This document shows, piece after piece, positions 42,740-52,191 of a stretch of 52,919 nt of DNA. The translations under genes and the position numbers were made by a program. The stretch covers positions 1 to 52,919 of the forward strand of contig JBBTTD010000006.1 in NCBI GenBank assembly GCA_038064415.1, read 5' to 3'. Each line of letters starts with the position of its first letter. Position 1 is the stretch's first letter. The DNA comes from Patescibacteria group bacterium. GTDB lineage: Bacteria > Patescibacteriota > Minisyncoccia > Phycocordibacterales > PALSA-1337. The notes beneath the pieces were generated by a model. The model saw nothing but the letters and a program-made list of their open reading frames with translations, made no database searches and had not been told where the DNA came from.

Positions 42740-44266
42740 CTATCTTATAAGAGACTGCTTTTCAAGCCTAGTCAGTATTTCTGACAGAGTCGCTTCATTC
42801 CCAGTAATTATTAGATGAGAATTATCAATGAATGAATATAGGAAGAGCGTTGTACCAGTATCGGTGCGAAACTCACGCACATCTTTATTTTTGACTATTC
42901 TATCTTCAAATTTTCCGCGTAAAGTGAAATAAGGTTGAAGTGGCGGAGTCAAATCAGTGGTTGTTGAACTTGTTTGGGTGACATTTGTTGATGTCGCGAT
43001 TTTTTTGACCTGCTTTGAAACATTTGAACTAGTGGTAGTGCTTGTCGTCGTCAAAGGCGCGGGTGCTCCTGGAAGAATAGAATTCAAATCAGCCAAAGGA
43101 TCTACTTTTTTTGTGTCGGTAGAGACATTTTCAGATGAAATATTCGCGATTCCTTTTAAGGCAATTGGATAAAGATATTGTTTTATGTCATCCGCCATGA
43201 CGCTTTCCCACTGCAACATTCCGGAAAATGTATTTTGAAAAAAATTGGTAGTCACAACGACAAAAATAGTTTTTTTATTGTCTATATTGTTGTGTACCCC
43301 AAGCATCCAATCTGCTGTCAATGAGCGAAGTACCGTATCAGGAGCGCCAATATCCATCATTTCTATCATTCCAGGTCCGGAAATTCTTGCAAGTGAACCT
43401 GTGGAATCTTTATTAGCAAAGATGATTTCTTTAATAGTTTCTAGTGCTTGCGTCTTATCTATCTCCGTTTGAATTTTTGATTGGATACTGACAGGGAGAT
43501 TATCTCCAAGCGTGATGATTACTTGCGAATCTCTCGGGATAATACTCGGTATAATTTTTTGTTGTGGCGTGATGAATTTGGCTGGGGCTAATGGGCTTAT
43601 AGTGTATAGATAATATGCCCCAATTACTCCACCGCCAACAAAAATTAAACTAAGTAAAGTCAAAAGTATTTTTTTACCAGCACGACTTGTCTCTATGTTG
43701 GAAATTGTTTCTCCTCCATCCTTTTTATTGCTTTCGGCGATGGCAATAGAAGCCCTAGAGGTTTTTTTATGAGACATGACATCGGCAACATCGCTTTCGT
43801 ATGTGCGGATTGGTTTTATTTCTGAATCTCTATCCTGTTCCAGACTTGTATTTTTTAGATTTTGCGAAGAAAGTGGCGGTTGAGATATTTGTGACGCTGA
43901 AGTAGTTGTGGATGGTGTGCTTTGTGCCACTTCCTGATTTCTGAGGTTTTTGGGCAAAACAGAGGTGATCTCGTCTTGAAGGCTTCTTTTGCGGGTATTA
44001 TCTACTATCGGTTTTATTTCTTTGATTGGTATTGGAGCCGGCTTACTGGGTTTTAATACAGTCTGTCCAGCTAAGCCAACTGCTTGCGGGTTTTGTGAAT
44101 TATCGCTTACTGGTAGATTGGTTGGCACGGAGTCGTCTTCTGTCACAGGTGAAATACCATTTTCTGAAAATTCAAATACACGTTCAGAAGACGGCTCCTG
44201 TTCTTGCGCATCATTGGAAATATTTGAAGTGGGATTATTTTTAGGGCCAAAATTATCTGGATCCAT
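42740..44266 (-). CDS. Hypothetical single-pass membrane protein with long disordered N-terminus
   Basis: P/S/T/Q-rich N-terminus, IRTYESD motif, TM segment, C-terminal F.D.IVKNKDVR. Confidence 0.7.
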   Translation of the reverse strand: MDPDNFGPKNNPTSNISNDAQEQEPSSERVFEFSENGISPVTEDDSVPTNLPVSDNSQNPQAVGLAGQTVLKPSKPAPIPIKEIKPIVDNTRKRSLQDEITSVLPKNLRNQEVAQSTPSTTTSASQISQPPLSSQNLKNTSLEQDRDSEIKPIRTYESDVADVMSHKKTSRASIAIAESNKKDGGETISNIETSRAGKKILLTLLSLIFVGGGVIGAYYLYTISPLAPAKFITPQQKIIPSIIPRDSQVIITLGDNLPVSIQSKIQTEIDKTQALETIKEIIFANKDSTGSLARISGPGMIEMMDIGAPDTVLRSLTADWMLGVHNNIDNKKTIFVVVTTNFFQNTFSGMLQWESVMADDIKQYLYPIALKGIANISSENVSTDTKKVDPLADLNSILPGAPAPLTTTSTTTSSNVSKQVKKIATSTNVTQTSSTTTDLTPPLQPYFTLRGKFEDRIVKNKDVREFRTDTGTTLFLYSFIDNSHLIITGNEATLSEILTRLEKQSLIR

Positions 44267-44298
44267 TACACTGTAGTATAACTAATTTTTGACCAAAT

Positions 44299-44330
44299 AA
44301 AAACGGCAACCATTACCGATCGCCGTTTTT
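44299..44330 (-). terminator. Intrinsic terminator downstream of pnp
   Basis: AAAAACGGC/GCCGTTTTT stem with a T-tract on the minus strand, 30 nt after the pnp stop. Confidence 0.7.
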
Positions 44331-44359
44331 GTTACAACTATTTATTTTAATTACCCCCC

Positions 44360-46558
44360 CTAATACCTTTTTTTGAAATCCTTCTTAAAATCACCCTTTG
44401 GTTTTGGCATCTCTTCTCTCTTGGTATAGAAGTCTGGATTTGCGGCCTTAATTGAGAGATTTATTCTTCCCTTCTCGTCAATTTCCTTGACCATGACTGG
44501 GACCTTGTCCCCTTCTTTCAAATAAGTCTCAACTCGCTCAACACGGAATGGGGCGATTTCAGAGACATGGACGAGGCCTTCCGCGTTTGGACCAATTTTA
44601 ACGAAAACGCCGAAATCCATCAAGCGCACGACTTCCCCGTCAAATCTTTCGCCAGGCAAATATTCACGAGTCATGTTAAAAATGATTTCTTTGGCTTTAG
44701 CGGCGGTTTCATTCTTGCCAGTAATGAATATTGACCCGTCTTCTTCAATTGTAATATCATCAACATGTGTCACATCACGGATTTCGTTGATGGTTTTACC
44801 GCCAGAGCCGATAACTAGGCCAATTTGATCTGGCTTAATTTTGATGACGATAATTTCTGGAGCATTTGGAGAAATTTTCGCGCGCGGAACAGGAATTTCT
44901 TTTTCAATGACATCCAAAATCTTGAAACGAGCTGATTTAGCTTTCTCAAACGCCTCCGCGAGAACTTTGAGCGGAATTCCTCCAACTTTTACATCCATTT
45001 GAACCGCGGTAATACCTGAACGAGTTCCAGCGACCTTAAAATCCATGTCGCCATGATGATCTTCAGGTCCTTGAATGTCAGTTAATATTTTGTACTCAAA
45101 TTTACGAGGGTAAACCTCCGCTTCAGATTTTCTAGGTCTACTCTCGGGAATTTCTTGCATCATCAAGCCCGAAGCGATTCCTGCGACAGGAGCTTTTATT
45201 GGTACTCCCCCGTCCATTAAAGCTAATGTTGATCCGCAGACTGAACCCATAGAGGTAGAACCGTTTGAAGCCATAGCTTCAGAGACCAGACGAATGGTGT
45301 ATGGAAATTTATCTTTATCTGGAATGATTGCGATCAACGCCTTTTCAGCTAGCGCGCCATGGCCAATCATTCTACGATTGGTATTTCCCACTCGACCAGT
45401 TTCTCCAGTGGAAAATGGCGGAAAATTGTAGTGATGCATGAACCTTTTCTTTTCTTGGACGATTAATCCATCAACAACTTGCGCGTCTCCAGGACTGCCG
45501 AGTGTCAAAGCAGATAAAATGTGCGTACCGCCTCGGAAAAATATTCCTGTTCCATGAAGAATTGATGATATTCCACCAGCCTGGGCAAACAATGGACGGA
45601 TTTCATCCATACCGCGACCATCGGCTCGCTTGTCATGCCTGATTGCTTGTTCATGCAGGAGATCATTAATCGCCTCCTCAAGTATTTCTTGTGCCATAGC
45701 GGGATTTCCTTCTGGCATTTTTTCTATAAATAATTCCGACCATACTTTATTGATTTCACTGATCCCTTCATGGCCCGGTTTATTGCTCATGACATATTTT
45801 GCAAGTTTCGGCGCAATTTCTGCGTCAAACAGTTCTTTTGTTCCAGGAGTTGGTTCTGGAAGCACGATTTCCACCTTCTTTTTACCAATTTCTTTGACTA
45901 TTTTTTTCTGCCATGCTTGAATTTTTTCTATTTCCTCCGATCCTTTAGTCAAGCCTTCATTGAGTACATCTTCCCCCACTTCCTTACTGCCAACCTCTAT
46001 CATATTGATCATTCCATCTTTTCCGCAAATTACCATTTCCAAAACGACGCCAACCTCTTCCCTTGCCGCGAAGTCCGGATTTATCAACCACCTTCCATTT
46101 TTACAAATACGTATGGCTGATGCGGGTCCATTCCAAGGAATGTCAGAGACACCCAGTGCGAGTGAGGCGGCAATGACTGATACTACATCCGGATCATCTT
46201 GATCAATTGAAATTGTGGTCAAAATAACCTGCACCTCGTTACGCGTTTTTTGATTAAAAAGTGGGCGAATAGTTCTATCTACTATTCTTCCCGACAAAAT
46301 TGCTTCCGTTGAAGGTCTTCCTTCTCTGCGCACAAATCTAGAGCCCAGGATTTTTCCTGTAGCGTAAAATCTTTCTTCATAGTCAACAGTCAACGGAAAA
46401 AAATCTCCATCTTTTAAATTTCCCATTACCGCGGTAGCTAAGACCGTGGTATTACCATAACGAACCATGACTGACCCATTTGCTTGATCCGCGAGATCGT
46501 TGAATTCAGCGGTTAATGTTTTGCCGCCAACCTCAAGCGAATATTCTTTTTTGTTCAT
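44360..46558 (-). CDS. pnp: Polyribonucleotide nucleotidyltransferase (PNPase), with short insertion
   Basis: FFPLTVDYEE, R..DR.IRPLF, RADGR, HYNFPPFSTGE, SNGSTSM.SVC, D..GDMDFKVAGT, KH and S1 domains. Start 46558 or 46582. Confidence 0.97.
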   Translation of the reverse strand: MNKKEYSLEVGGKTLTAEFNDLADQANGSVMVRYGNTTVLATAVMGNLKDGDFFPLTVDYEERFYATGKILGSRFVRREGRPSTEAILSGRIVDRTIRPLFNQKTRNEVQVILTTISIDQDDPDVVSVIAASLALGVSDIPWNGPASAIRICKNGRWLINPDFAAREEVGVVLEMVICGKDGMINMIEVGSKEVGEDVLNEGLTKGSEEIEKIQAWQKKIVKEIGKKKVEIVLPEPTPGTKELFDAEIAPKLAKYVMSNKPGHEGISEINKVWSELFIEKMPEGNPAMAQEILEEAINDLLHEQAIRHDKRADGRGMDEIRPLFAQAGGISSILHGTGIFFRGGTHILSALTLGSPGDAQVVDGLIVQEKKRFMHHYNFPPFSTGETGRVGNTNRRMIGHGALAEKALIAIIPDKDKFPYTIRLVSEAMASNGSTSMGSVCGSTLALMDGGVPIKAPVAGIASGLMMQEIPESRPRKSEAEVYPRKFEYKILTDIQGPEDHHGDMDFKVAGTRSGITAVQMDVKVGGIPLKVLAEAFEKAKSARFKILDVIEKEIPVPRAKISPNAPEIIVIKIKPDQIGLVIGSGGKTINEIRDVTHVDDITIEEDGSIFITGKNETAAKAKEIIFNMTREYLPGERFDGEVVRLMDFGVFVKIGPNAEGLVHVSEIAPFRVERVETYLKEGDKVPVMVKEIDEKGRINLSIKAANPDFYTKREEMPKPKGDFKKDFKKRY

Positions 46559-46604
46559 GTGAGTTTTGTACGCAGTCATCATGTAGGAACATGGCGAATG
46601 CGGG

Positions 46605-46724
46605 TCGCCCCAAGATTTCAGCTTTGAATGAGTTTACGCGGAATAGACCTGCGGAAAACTTCAAATCTGCCTATCTGGGGGCGAGTTAGTTCTATTGATA
46701 AAGTGCTTCCTCGTCACGCCGAGG
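46605..46724 (-). promoter_or_regulatory. Structured pnp 5' leader with nested hairpins
   Basis: Stem 46605-46616/46673-46684, inner stem, extra hairpin 46709-46724; promoter-like TTGTCA-18-TACATT at 46752-46781. Confidence 0.45.
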
Positions 46725-46804
46725 CGAATACGAAAGCGGACGGACAAAGGTAATGTAGCACAAAGACGCCTAAATTGACAAACTATCAATTATCACAGCC
46801 ATTT

Positions 46805-47326
46805 TTACTTCTTCCCCCCAGTTCTTAATAAATACTTACTTGAATTCTCATCCAAATCCATGAAATGATCCGTGACCTCAATAAGTTTTGCCGAAGTGGA
46901 TTTGCCGAATGAAGCAACCTCAACTTGACAGCCCTGATTCATCTGTAAATATTCCACAAGCGGTACGAAATCGCCATCACCCGTGATTAAAATGACAGAG
47001 TCTAATTTTGGAGAAAGTTTGACCGCATCAATTGCGAGTCCAACATCCCAGTCAGCCTTTTTAGCGCCAGAGCTGAAGACTTGCAGGTCTTTGACCTTGG
47101 TCTCAATTCCCATTTTGGTAAGTGCGTCAAAAAAAGCATTTTCTTCACCTGATTCAGTGGCGATGACATAAGCAACCGCGCGGACGAGCTTGCGACCATC
47201 CATGGCGTCTTTGACAATTGCTCCGAAATTGACCTTTGAATGATAAAGGTTTTTGGCACTATGATATAAATTCTGCGCGTCTATAAAAATCCCGACGCGT
47301 TGTTCTTTGTGTTTTATGATTGACAT
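46805..47326 (-). CDS. NYN/LabA (DUF88) PIN-like domain protein
   Basis: IFIDAQNL, KKADWDVG.A.D, L.TGDGDF.PL motifs. Start 47326. Confidence 0.9.
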   Translation of the reverse strand: MSIIKHKEQRVGIFIDAQNLYHSAKNLYHSKVNFGAIVKDAMDGRKLVRAVAYVIATESGEENAFFDALTKMGIETKVKDLQVFSSGAKKADWDVGLAIDAVKLSPKLDSVILITGDGDFVPLVEYLQMNQGCQVEVASFGKSTSAKLIEVTDHFMDLDENSSKYLLRTGGKK

Positions 47327-47504
47327 AAAAATTGTTAATAATGCAAAGACTGTCCCCTGCAAATTTGCTGACAAAAAATTACATTAAAAATAGTTACTAA
47401 ATTTATTAAAATGGTTGATAATATAAAGAGCCGTTAGAAATACAGAAATACTATTATATTTCTATTCTGTATACATTATAACAGAATCGCCTCTCGGCGT
47501 CTTG

Positions 47505-47771
47505 CTATTTTTTAAGTTCCAACTTCTTAATGATAGTTGAATAGCGACGAGGATGATTTTTCTTGAGGTAAACCAGATGTGTCTGACGATCCGCGACCAT
47601 ACCAAGCAAGCCGCGTCGTGAATGGTTGTCTTTCTTATGTTTCTTCAAATGGTCGGTTAATTCGTTGATTCTTTTGCTCAATAAGGCAACCTGAACCTCC
47701 GAAGAACCAGTATCTTTGGCGTGAACTGCCGTTTCCTTAATGATTTTGATCTTCTGTCGTGTGGTTAACAT
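47505..47771 (-). CDS. rpsO: 30S ribosomal protein S15
   Basis: DTGSSEVQVALL, HL..HKKD.HSRRGLL.MV. Confidence 0.98.
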   Translation of the reverse strand: MLTTRQKIKIIKETAVHAKDTGSSEVQVALLSKRINELTDHLKKHKKDNHSRRGLLGMVADRQTHLVYLKKNHPRRYSTIIKKLELKK

Positions 47772-47838
47772 GGTTAAAACATCATAGCATAAATAGGGTC
47801 GAGGCGCAAGAACTAACTCACCATGCTATACTTTGATC

Positions 47839-48792
47839 ATGTCGCATAATATTAAGGACTTAAAACAGCAATTTTTGGAATATGTGGAGATAGAAAAAGG
47901 TCGGTCTACGAAAACGGTGCGAAATTATGACTTTTTCATCACTAAGTTTTTTAATTACGCAAAAATTAAGAGTCCGGAAAATATTACCGCGGAAACAGTT
48001 CGCGATTTTCGTCTCTGGCTAAATCGTCAACCTGGAATGAAAAATAGGACCGAAACGCACACACTCAAAAAGAATACACAAAATTATCACCTTATTGCTT
48101 TGCGTTCGTTTTTGAAATATTTAGCCAGACAACAAATCAAATCATTGTCTCCTGATATGATTGAATTGGCTAAGGTCGGCCAGCGTCAAATAGATTTAAT
48201 CACACCAAGTGAACTACATCGTCTATTGGATGCGCCCGATGGCAGTACTCTCACTTCTCTTCGCGATAAAGCCATTCTTGAATTGCTTTTTTCAACTGGT
48301 TTGCGTGTAGCCGAACTCTGTTCCCTTTCTCGTGATCTTGACCTTGATGCTGATGAGTTTTCGGTGCGAGGTAAGGGAGATAAAGTTCGCATTGTATTTC
48401 TTTCCCCCGAGGCAAAGACTGCTCTCAAAAAATATCTTGATAATAGAAAGGATATGGGTGATGCTTTGTTCGTTGAAATCAGCGCGCGTGCTAGCAGGGC
48501 TCAATTGAAAAATTCAAAAGAAGAAAAAGGTGCTGGAGATAAGCCACTCACTACTCGTTCCATTGAGCGTATAGTTAAACAATATGCTATCAAAGCCGGA
48601 ATTTCCAAACGAGTTACTCCACATGTTATTCGTCACTGTTTTGCTACTGATCTTCTAGGAAATGGTGCGGACATCCGTTCGGTGCAGATGTTTCTCGGGC
48701 ACGCCGACATTAGTACCACGCAAATCTATACTCATGTTACTGATACTGAACTCAAGAGAGTTTATAAGCAGTTTCATGGGAAGAAGAGGTAG
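47839..48792 (+). CDS. XerC/XerD-like tyrosine recombinase
   Basis: Complete catalytic set: STGLRVAE (R), GKGDK (K), HVIRH, LGH, TTQIYTH (Y). Start 47839. Confidence 0.92.
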   Translation: MSHNIKDLKQQFLEYVEIEKGRSTKTVRNYDFFITKFFNYAKIKSPENITAETVRDFRLWLNRQPGMKNRTETHTLKKNTQNYHLIALRSFLKYLARQQIKSLSPDMIELAKVGQRQIDLITPSELHRLLDAPDGSTLTSLRDKAILELLFSTGLRVAELCSLSRDLDLDADEFSVRGKGDKVRIVFLSPEAKTALKKYLDNRKDMGDALFVEISARASRAQLKNSKEEKGAGDKPLTTRSIERIVKQYAIKAGISKRVTPHVIRHCFATDLLGNGADIRSVQMFLGHADISTTQIYTHVTDTELKRVYKQFHGKKR

Positions 48793-48806
48793 TGTATTAT
48801 TACTCC

Positions 48807-49604
48807 ATGCGTATTATCTCTTGGAATGTAAACGGCCTCCGCGCCAATGTTAAAAAAGGCGGTTTTGACTGGTTCATCAACGAATCTCCTGATATTTACT
48901 GCGTTCAAGAAACGAAGGCGCACCCAGAACAATTAGAAGATGGTGTCAGGAAGCCTTTTGGTTATTTTTCATACTTTGACCACTCAAGAGGTAAGAAAGG
49001 TTACAGTGGCGTTGCTATTTTCTCTAAAATTGAACCAACTAGAGTTGGATATGGCCTAGGAAAAGAAGAACTTGATCAAGAGGGACGACTTCTGGCCTTG
49101 TTTTTTGATTCAACAAAATCCACAGATCTATTCTGCGAAAAATTTGTCCTTATAAACACCTACTTTCCTAATGGTGGGGGTGGTCCAGAGCGTTTGGATT
49201 TCAAACTTCGTTATTATGATGAGTTTTTGAAGTATGTTAACAAGCAAAAAGAGGCCGGCTATGAAGTCATCTTTTGTGGTGATGTAAATACAGCTCACAG
49301 AGAGGTTGATTTGGCGCGACCAAAGGAAAATGAAGAAAATACCGGCTTCCTTCCCATTGAGCGTGCTTGGATTGATAAAGTAATTGAAGCGAGATATACA
49401 GATATCTTTCGTTTAATACATCCTGATATTAAAGATGCTTATACCTACTGGGATATGAAAACCTTTGCTCGGGATCGCAATGTTGGCTGGAGAATCGATT
49501 ACTTTTTTGTCTCACAAGGGTTGACTAAAATGGTTAAAAATGTTGAAATTATGGACTCCGTGATGGGTTCTGACCATTGCCCGATTGAACTTGTTATTGG
49601 GTAA
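48807..49604 (+). CDS. xth: Exodeoxyribonuclease III / AP endonuclease
   Basis: ISWNVNG, QETK, GYSGVA, CGDVN.AH, YTYW, GWRIDY, SDHCP. Confidence 0.96.
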   Translation: MRIISWNVNGLRANVKKGGFDWFINESPDIYCVQETKAHPEQLEDGVRKPFGYFSYFDHSRGKKGYSGVAIFSKIEPTRVGYGLGKEELDQEGRLLALFFDSTKSTDLFCEKFVLINTYFPNGGGGPERLDFKLRYYDEFLKYVNKQKEAGYEVIFCGDVNTAHREVDLARPKENEENTGFLPIERAWIDKVIEARYTDIFRLIHPDIKDAYTYWDMKTFARDRNVGWRIDYFFVSQGLTKMVKNVEIMDSVMGSDHCPIELVIG

Positions 49605-49677
49605 TTCTATGGCTCTAATCAGGCGTGAATACTGAAAATTGTAGGTATACATTTCATAAAAAATAGCCATTTTTACT

Positions 49678-49693
49678 AGTTTCACGTGAAATT
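49678..49693. promoter_or_regulatory. parS-like site AGTTTCACGTGAAATT (13/16)
   Basis: Compared with the consensus TGTTTCACGTGAAACA. Confidence 0.55.
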
Positions 49694-50234
49694 TAAGTAT
49701 TTTGTTCACGATCACTTTCTTATTTGTTGAATGTGAAACTGATTAAAAGAAAGCCGCGTCTTACGTTTCAGATGGAAACGAGTTGACGCGGCTACGAGAA
49801 GTCTTTGTTGCGAAGAAGAAAGAACTGGGGTCCACAGACCCGATAGATCCAAATGGCGGATCTATTAATCCAAGATGTTCCTAATTAAGACAGTGTGCAC
49901 TGTCCTCAAAAATGTGTGCTCTCCAGAAAAGGAGGCAATGTTGTAAATGAGACAAGATACACCATCGACAAAGCAACAAAAGGATTGAAATTTCTTCGCA
50001 GACTTCAAAGTGAGAGAAGCCTACCCAGATTTGTGAAAGAACAGTTGTCTGTTTTGATCACAGAAAAATAATACTGAACTAGATTTTATTCCGTAGCATT
50101 TTTCTGCGATCACCTCGGGTAACAAACTTGTCTAACTCAATTGTATGTCCTTTAGATATGTCTGTAAAGGACATATATGTGGATAACTATGTCTTTTTGA
50201 AATATCCTTGCAAAATAATGGTCTGGTGTCCTTG

Positions 50235-51728
50235 TTATGAGACAAAATGTTTACTCCTAATCTCTTTCAACTTTTTTTCCTCTTCCTCTTCCCTCTTTTC
50301 TTTTCCCCTTTTTGCCATTTTTTTCAACTCACCCTCTGATAATTTGAAAAGCTCCATGGTTTTTTCTTTTAGATAGTTTTCAGTATTCAATTTTGGATCC
50401 TCAAGGACTTCTTCCATTAAGGCATTGAGAATGAGACCAATCTTTGGTTCTGGACCGATATTACATATTTCCATTATGTCTTTACCGTCAATTTTTAACA
50501 TTTTCACAGAAATAGGATCTCTCAAGGCCTCCTCTACCATAGATTTGTATTTTCTCAATCTATATGGGTCAGCTTTTGGTCTTCCAGTGCCTATTCTGTC
50601 ACATATACGGACATTCATAAGGTCCCAAATATTCTCTGGTCCAACATTAACGACCATTCTACGAACTGCCGACAGAGTAATCATACCCGTATCAGAGAAA
50701 AACATGTGCCAACGCACCAATTTAGTCACTTTCTCAATGATTACACGTGAAAACTTCATTCTTTCAAGTATTTTTCGTGTTTCACGTGAACCAATTACTT
50801 CGTGTCCATAGAAAGTTGGCTGTTTTGTTTCTTGTGAAACACCCTTAGTTTGAGGCTTTGAAATGTCATGAAATAGGGCAGAAAGCCTTATTTCTAGCCC
50901 CCAATTCTTGTCTGCGGCATGTTGTAAGCTTCTTAATAGGTGTTCCCAGACCGTATATGCGTGTGCTTGATTTTGTTCTACACCAATAGATTTGGTTAAT
51001 TCTGGGATAATATGCTTTAGTAAAGCACTTTCTTGAAGTAGTTCAATACCTTTTTGGGGATCTGGAGATAGAATTATCTTTGTAAACTCATCCCGAATCC
51101 TCTCCATTGAAACATCTTTTATCGTAGTATTAAGTTTTTTTATCGCCCCAAATGTTTCGGTTTCAATAGTGAAACCAAGTTCCACAGCAAATCTTATGGC
51201 GCGGATCATGCGCAGAGCGTCCTCATTGAAGCGATCATAGGGTTTTCCGACTGACCTTATAGTTTTGTCCTTTATGTCAGCAAAACCGCCGTATAAGTCA
51301 ATTATGTCCTTTATAGCCCCACCAGAAAGAGACACTGCCAAAGAATTAACAGTAAAATCCCTTCTTTTTATATCATCTTCAATTTTGTCACTGAATTTTA
51401 CTTGATCTGGGTGACGACGATCAGAATATCCTGATTCCAACCTATATGGAGTTACTTCTACATTGCGCAATGTAATGTCTTCAGTCTCTTCATCTATCAC
51501 AACTACAGTTCCATAGATATTTTCATAAACTGTTTTTATGAAAAGTTTCTGGATTTCTTCGGGTTTTGCATTTGTGGTGATGTCCCAATCTTTTGGAGTA
51601 CGACCCAAAAAGATATCTCGAACACAACCACCGACCAAATAAGCCTGAAAATGGGCCTTTTCTAGGGTTTCTACGATGTTTGTTATTTCTATTGGTATTG
51701 GGGAATTTTTAACAATCTTTGTAGGCAT
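50235..51728 (-). CDS. cca: CCA tRNA nucleotidyltransferase / poly(A) polymerase family, with HD domain
   Basis: LVGGCVRD, DWDITT, RRDFTVN, EDALRMIRA.RF, ALFHDISKP, FYGHE. Start 51728 or 51740. Confidence 0.93.
   Translation of the reverse strand: MPTKIVKNSPIPIEITNIVETLEKAHFQAYLVGGCVRDIFLGRTPKDWDITTNAKPEEIQKLFIKTVYENIYGTVVVIDEETEDITLRNVEVTPYRLESGYSDRRHPDQVKFSDKIEDDIKRRDFTVNSLAVSLSGGAIKDIIDLYGGFADIKDKTIRSVGKPYDRFNEDALRMIRAIRFAVELGFTIETETFGAIKKLNTTIKDVSMERIRDEFTKIILSPDPQKGIELLQESALLKHIIPELTKSIGVEQNQAHAYTVWEHLLRSLQHAADKNWGLEIRLSALFHDISKPQTKGVSQETKQPTFYGHEVIGSRETRKILERMKFSRVIIEKVTKLVRWHMFFSDTGMITLSAVRRMVVNVGPENIWDLMNVRICDRIGTGRPKADPYRLRKYKSMVEEALRDPISVKMLKIDGKDIMEICNIGPEPKIGLILNALMEEVLEDPKLNTENYLKEKTMELFKLSEGELKKMAKRGKEKREEEEEKKLKEIRSKHFVS
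50778..50793. promoter_or_regulatory. parS-like site TGTTTCACGTGAACCA (15/16) inside cca
   Basis: Compared with the consensus TGTTTCACGTGAAACA. Confidence 0.7.
50826..50841. promoter_or_regulatory. parS-like site TGTTTCTTGTGAAACA (14/16) inside cca
   Basis: Compared with the consensus TGTTTCACGTGAAACA. Confidence 0.55.
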
Positions 51729-51788
51729 AATAGTTGACATTGTATTATAATTTTGGTTTTTTTACTAACTGCGTTAGTATGTAGTATC

Positions 51789-51860
51789 GCGCCCGTGGTG
51801 AAATGGATATCATTTTTGTCTTCGGAACAAACGTTGGGGGTTCGAATCCCTCCGGGCGCA
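51789..51860 (+). tRNA. tRNA-Arg(TCG), CCA not encoded
   Basis: GCGCCCG/CGGGCGC acceptor, TTTGT-CT TCG GA-ACAAA anticodon arm, GGTTCGAATCC. Confidence 0.93.
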
Positions 51861-51864
51861 CTGA

Positions 51865-51890
51865 TGATCCGTACCCCATAAAGTGGACAC
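51865..51890 (+). mobile_element. IS3-family-like terminal inverted repeat relic, copy 1
   Basis: TGATCCGTACCCCATAAAGTGGACAC; 22/26 identical to 52868-52893; resembles IS3/IS150-type ends from memory. Confidence 0.5.
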
Positions 51891-52036
51891 AGAAACCAAA
51901 TGTCTGCAGTTTTATTTTGTTAGAATTACTAATAATTAAAAAAGTAAAGAGTAAATTCTGACGAGGATAATATTTTGTAAAATATCTTTAAGTACGCTAT
52001 ACTCTTTTTGTAATTTTTGATTAGTTTTTTTAAAAA

Positions 52037-52107
52037 GCGGGTATAGTTTAGTGGTAGAATGCGTCCTTGCCAAGGACGAGATGGGAGTTCGATTCTCCCT
52101 ACCCGCA
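52037..52107 (+). tRNA. tRNA-Gly(GCC), CCA not encoded
   Basis: GCGGGTA/TACCCGC acceptor, CGTCC-TT GCC AA-GGACG anticodon arm, GTTCGATTC. Confidence 0.95.
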
Positions 52108-52191
52108 CCGACAAATATACAGGACGAATCTATCAAGTGGGACTGTCCTTTAGATGTTCTGTACTTATTAGACGGCTTAAAATCGTGTGCT

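Noticed and set aside
47839-48792. Tyrosine recombinase as a prophage or island integrase
   Set aside because: It is Xer-sized, flanked by housekeeping genes (rpsO, xth), and has no att repeats or cargo.
49605-50234. tmRNA, RNase P RNA or SRP RNA in the large intergenic gaps
   Set aside because: I found no tRNA-like ends, no GAGGAAAGTCC core and no SRP helix-8 motif on either strand.
51159-51176. GGTTTC-AATAGT-GAAACC as an additional parS
   Set aside because: The central spacer is 6 nt rather than the 4-nt ACGT core.
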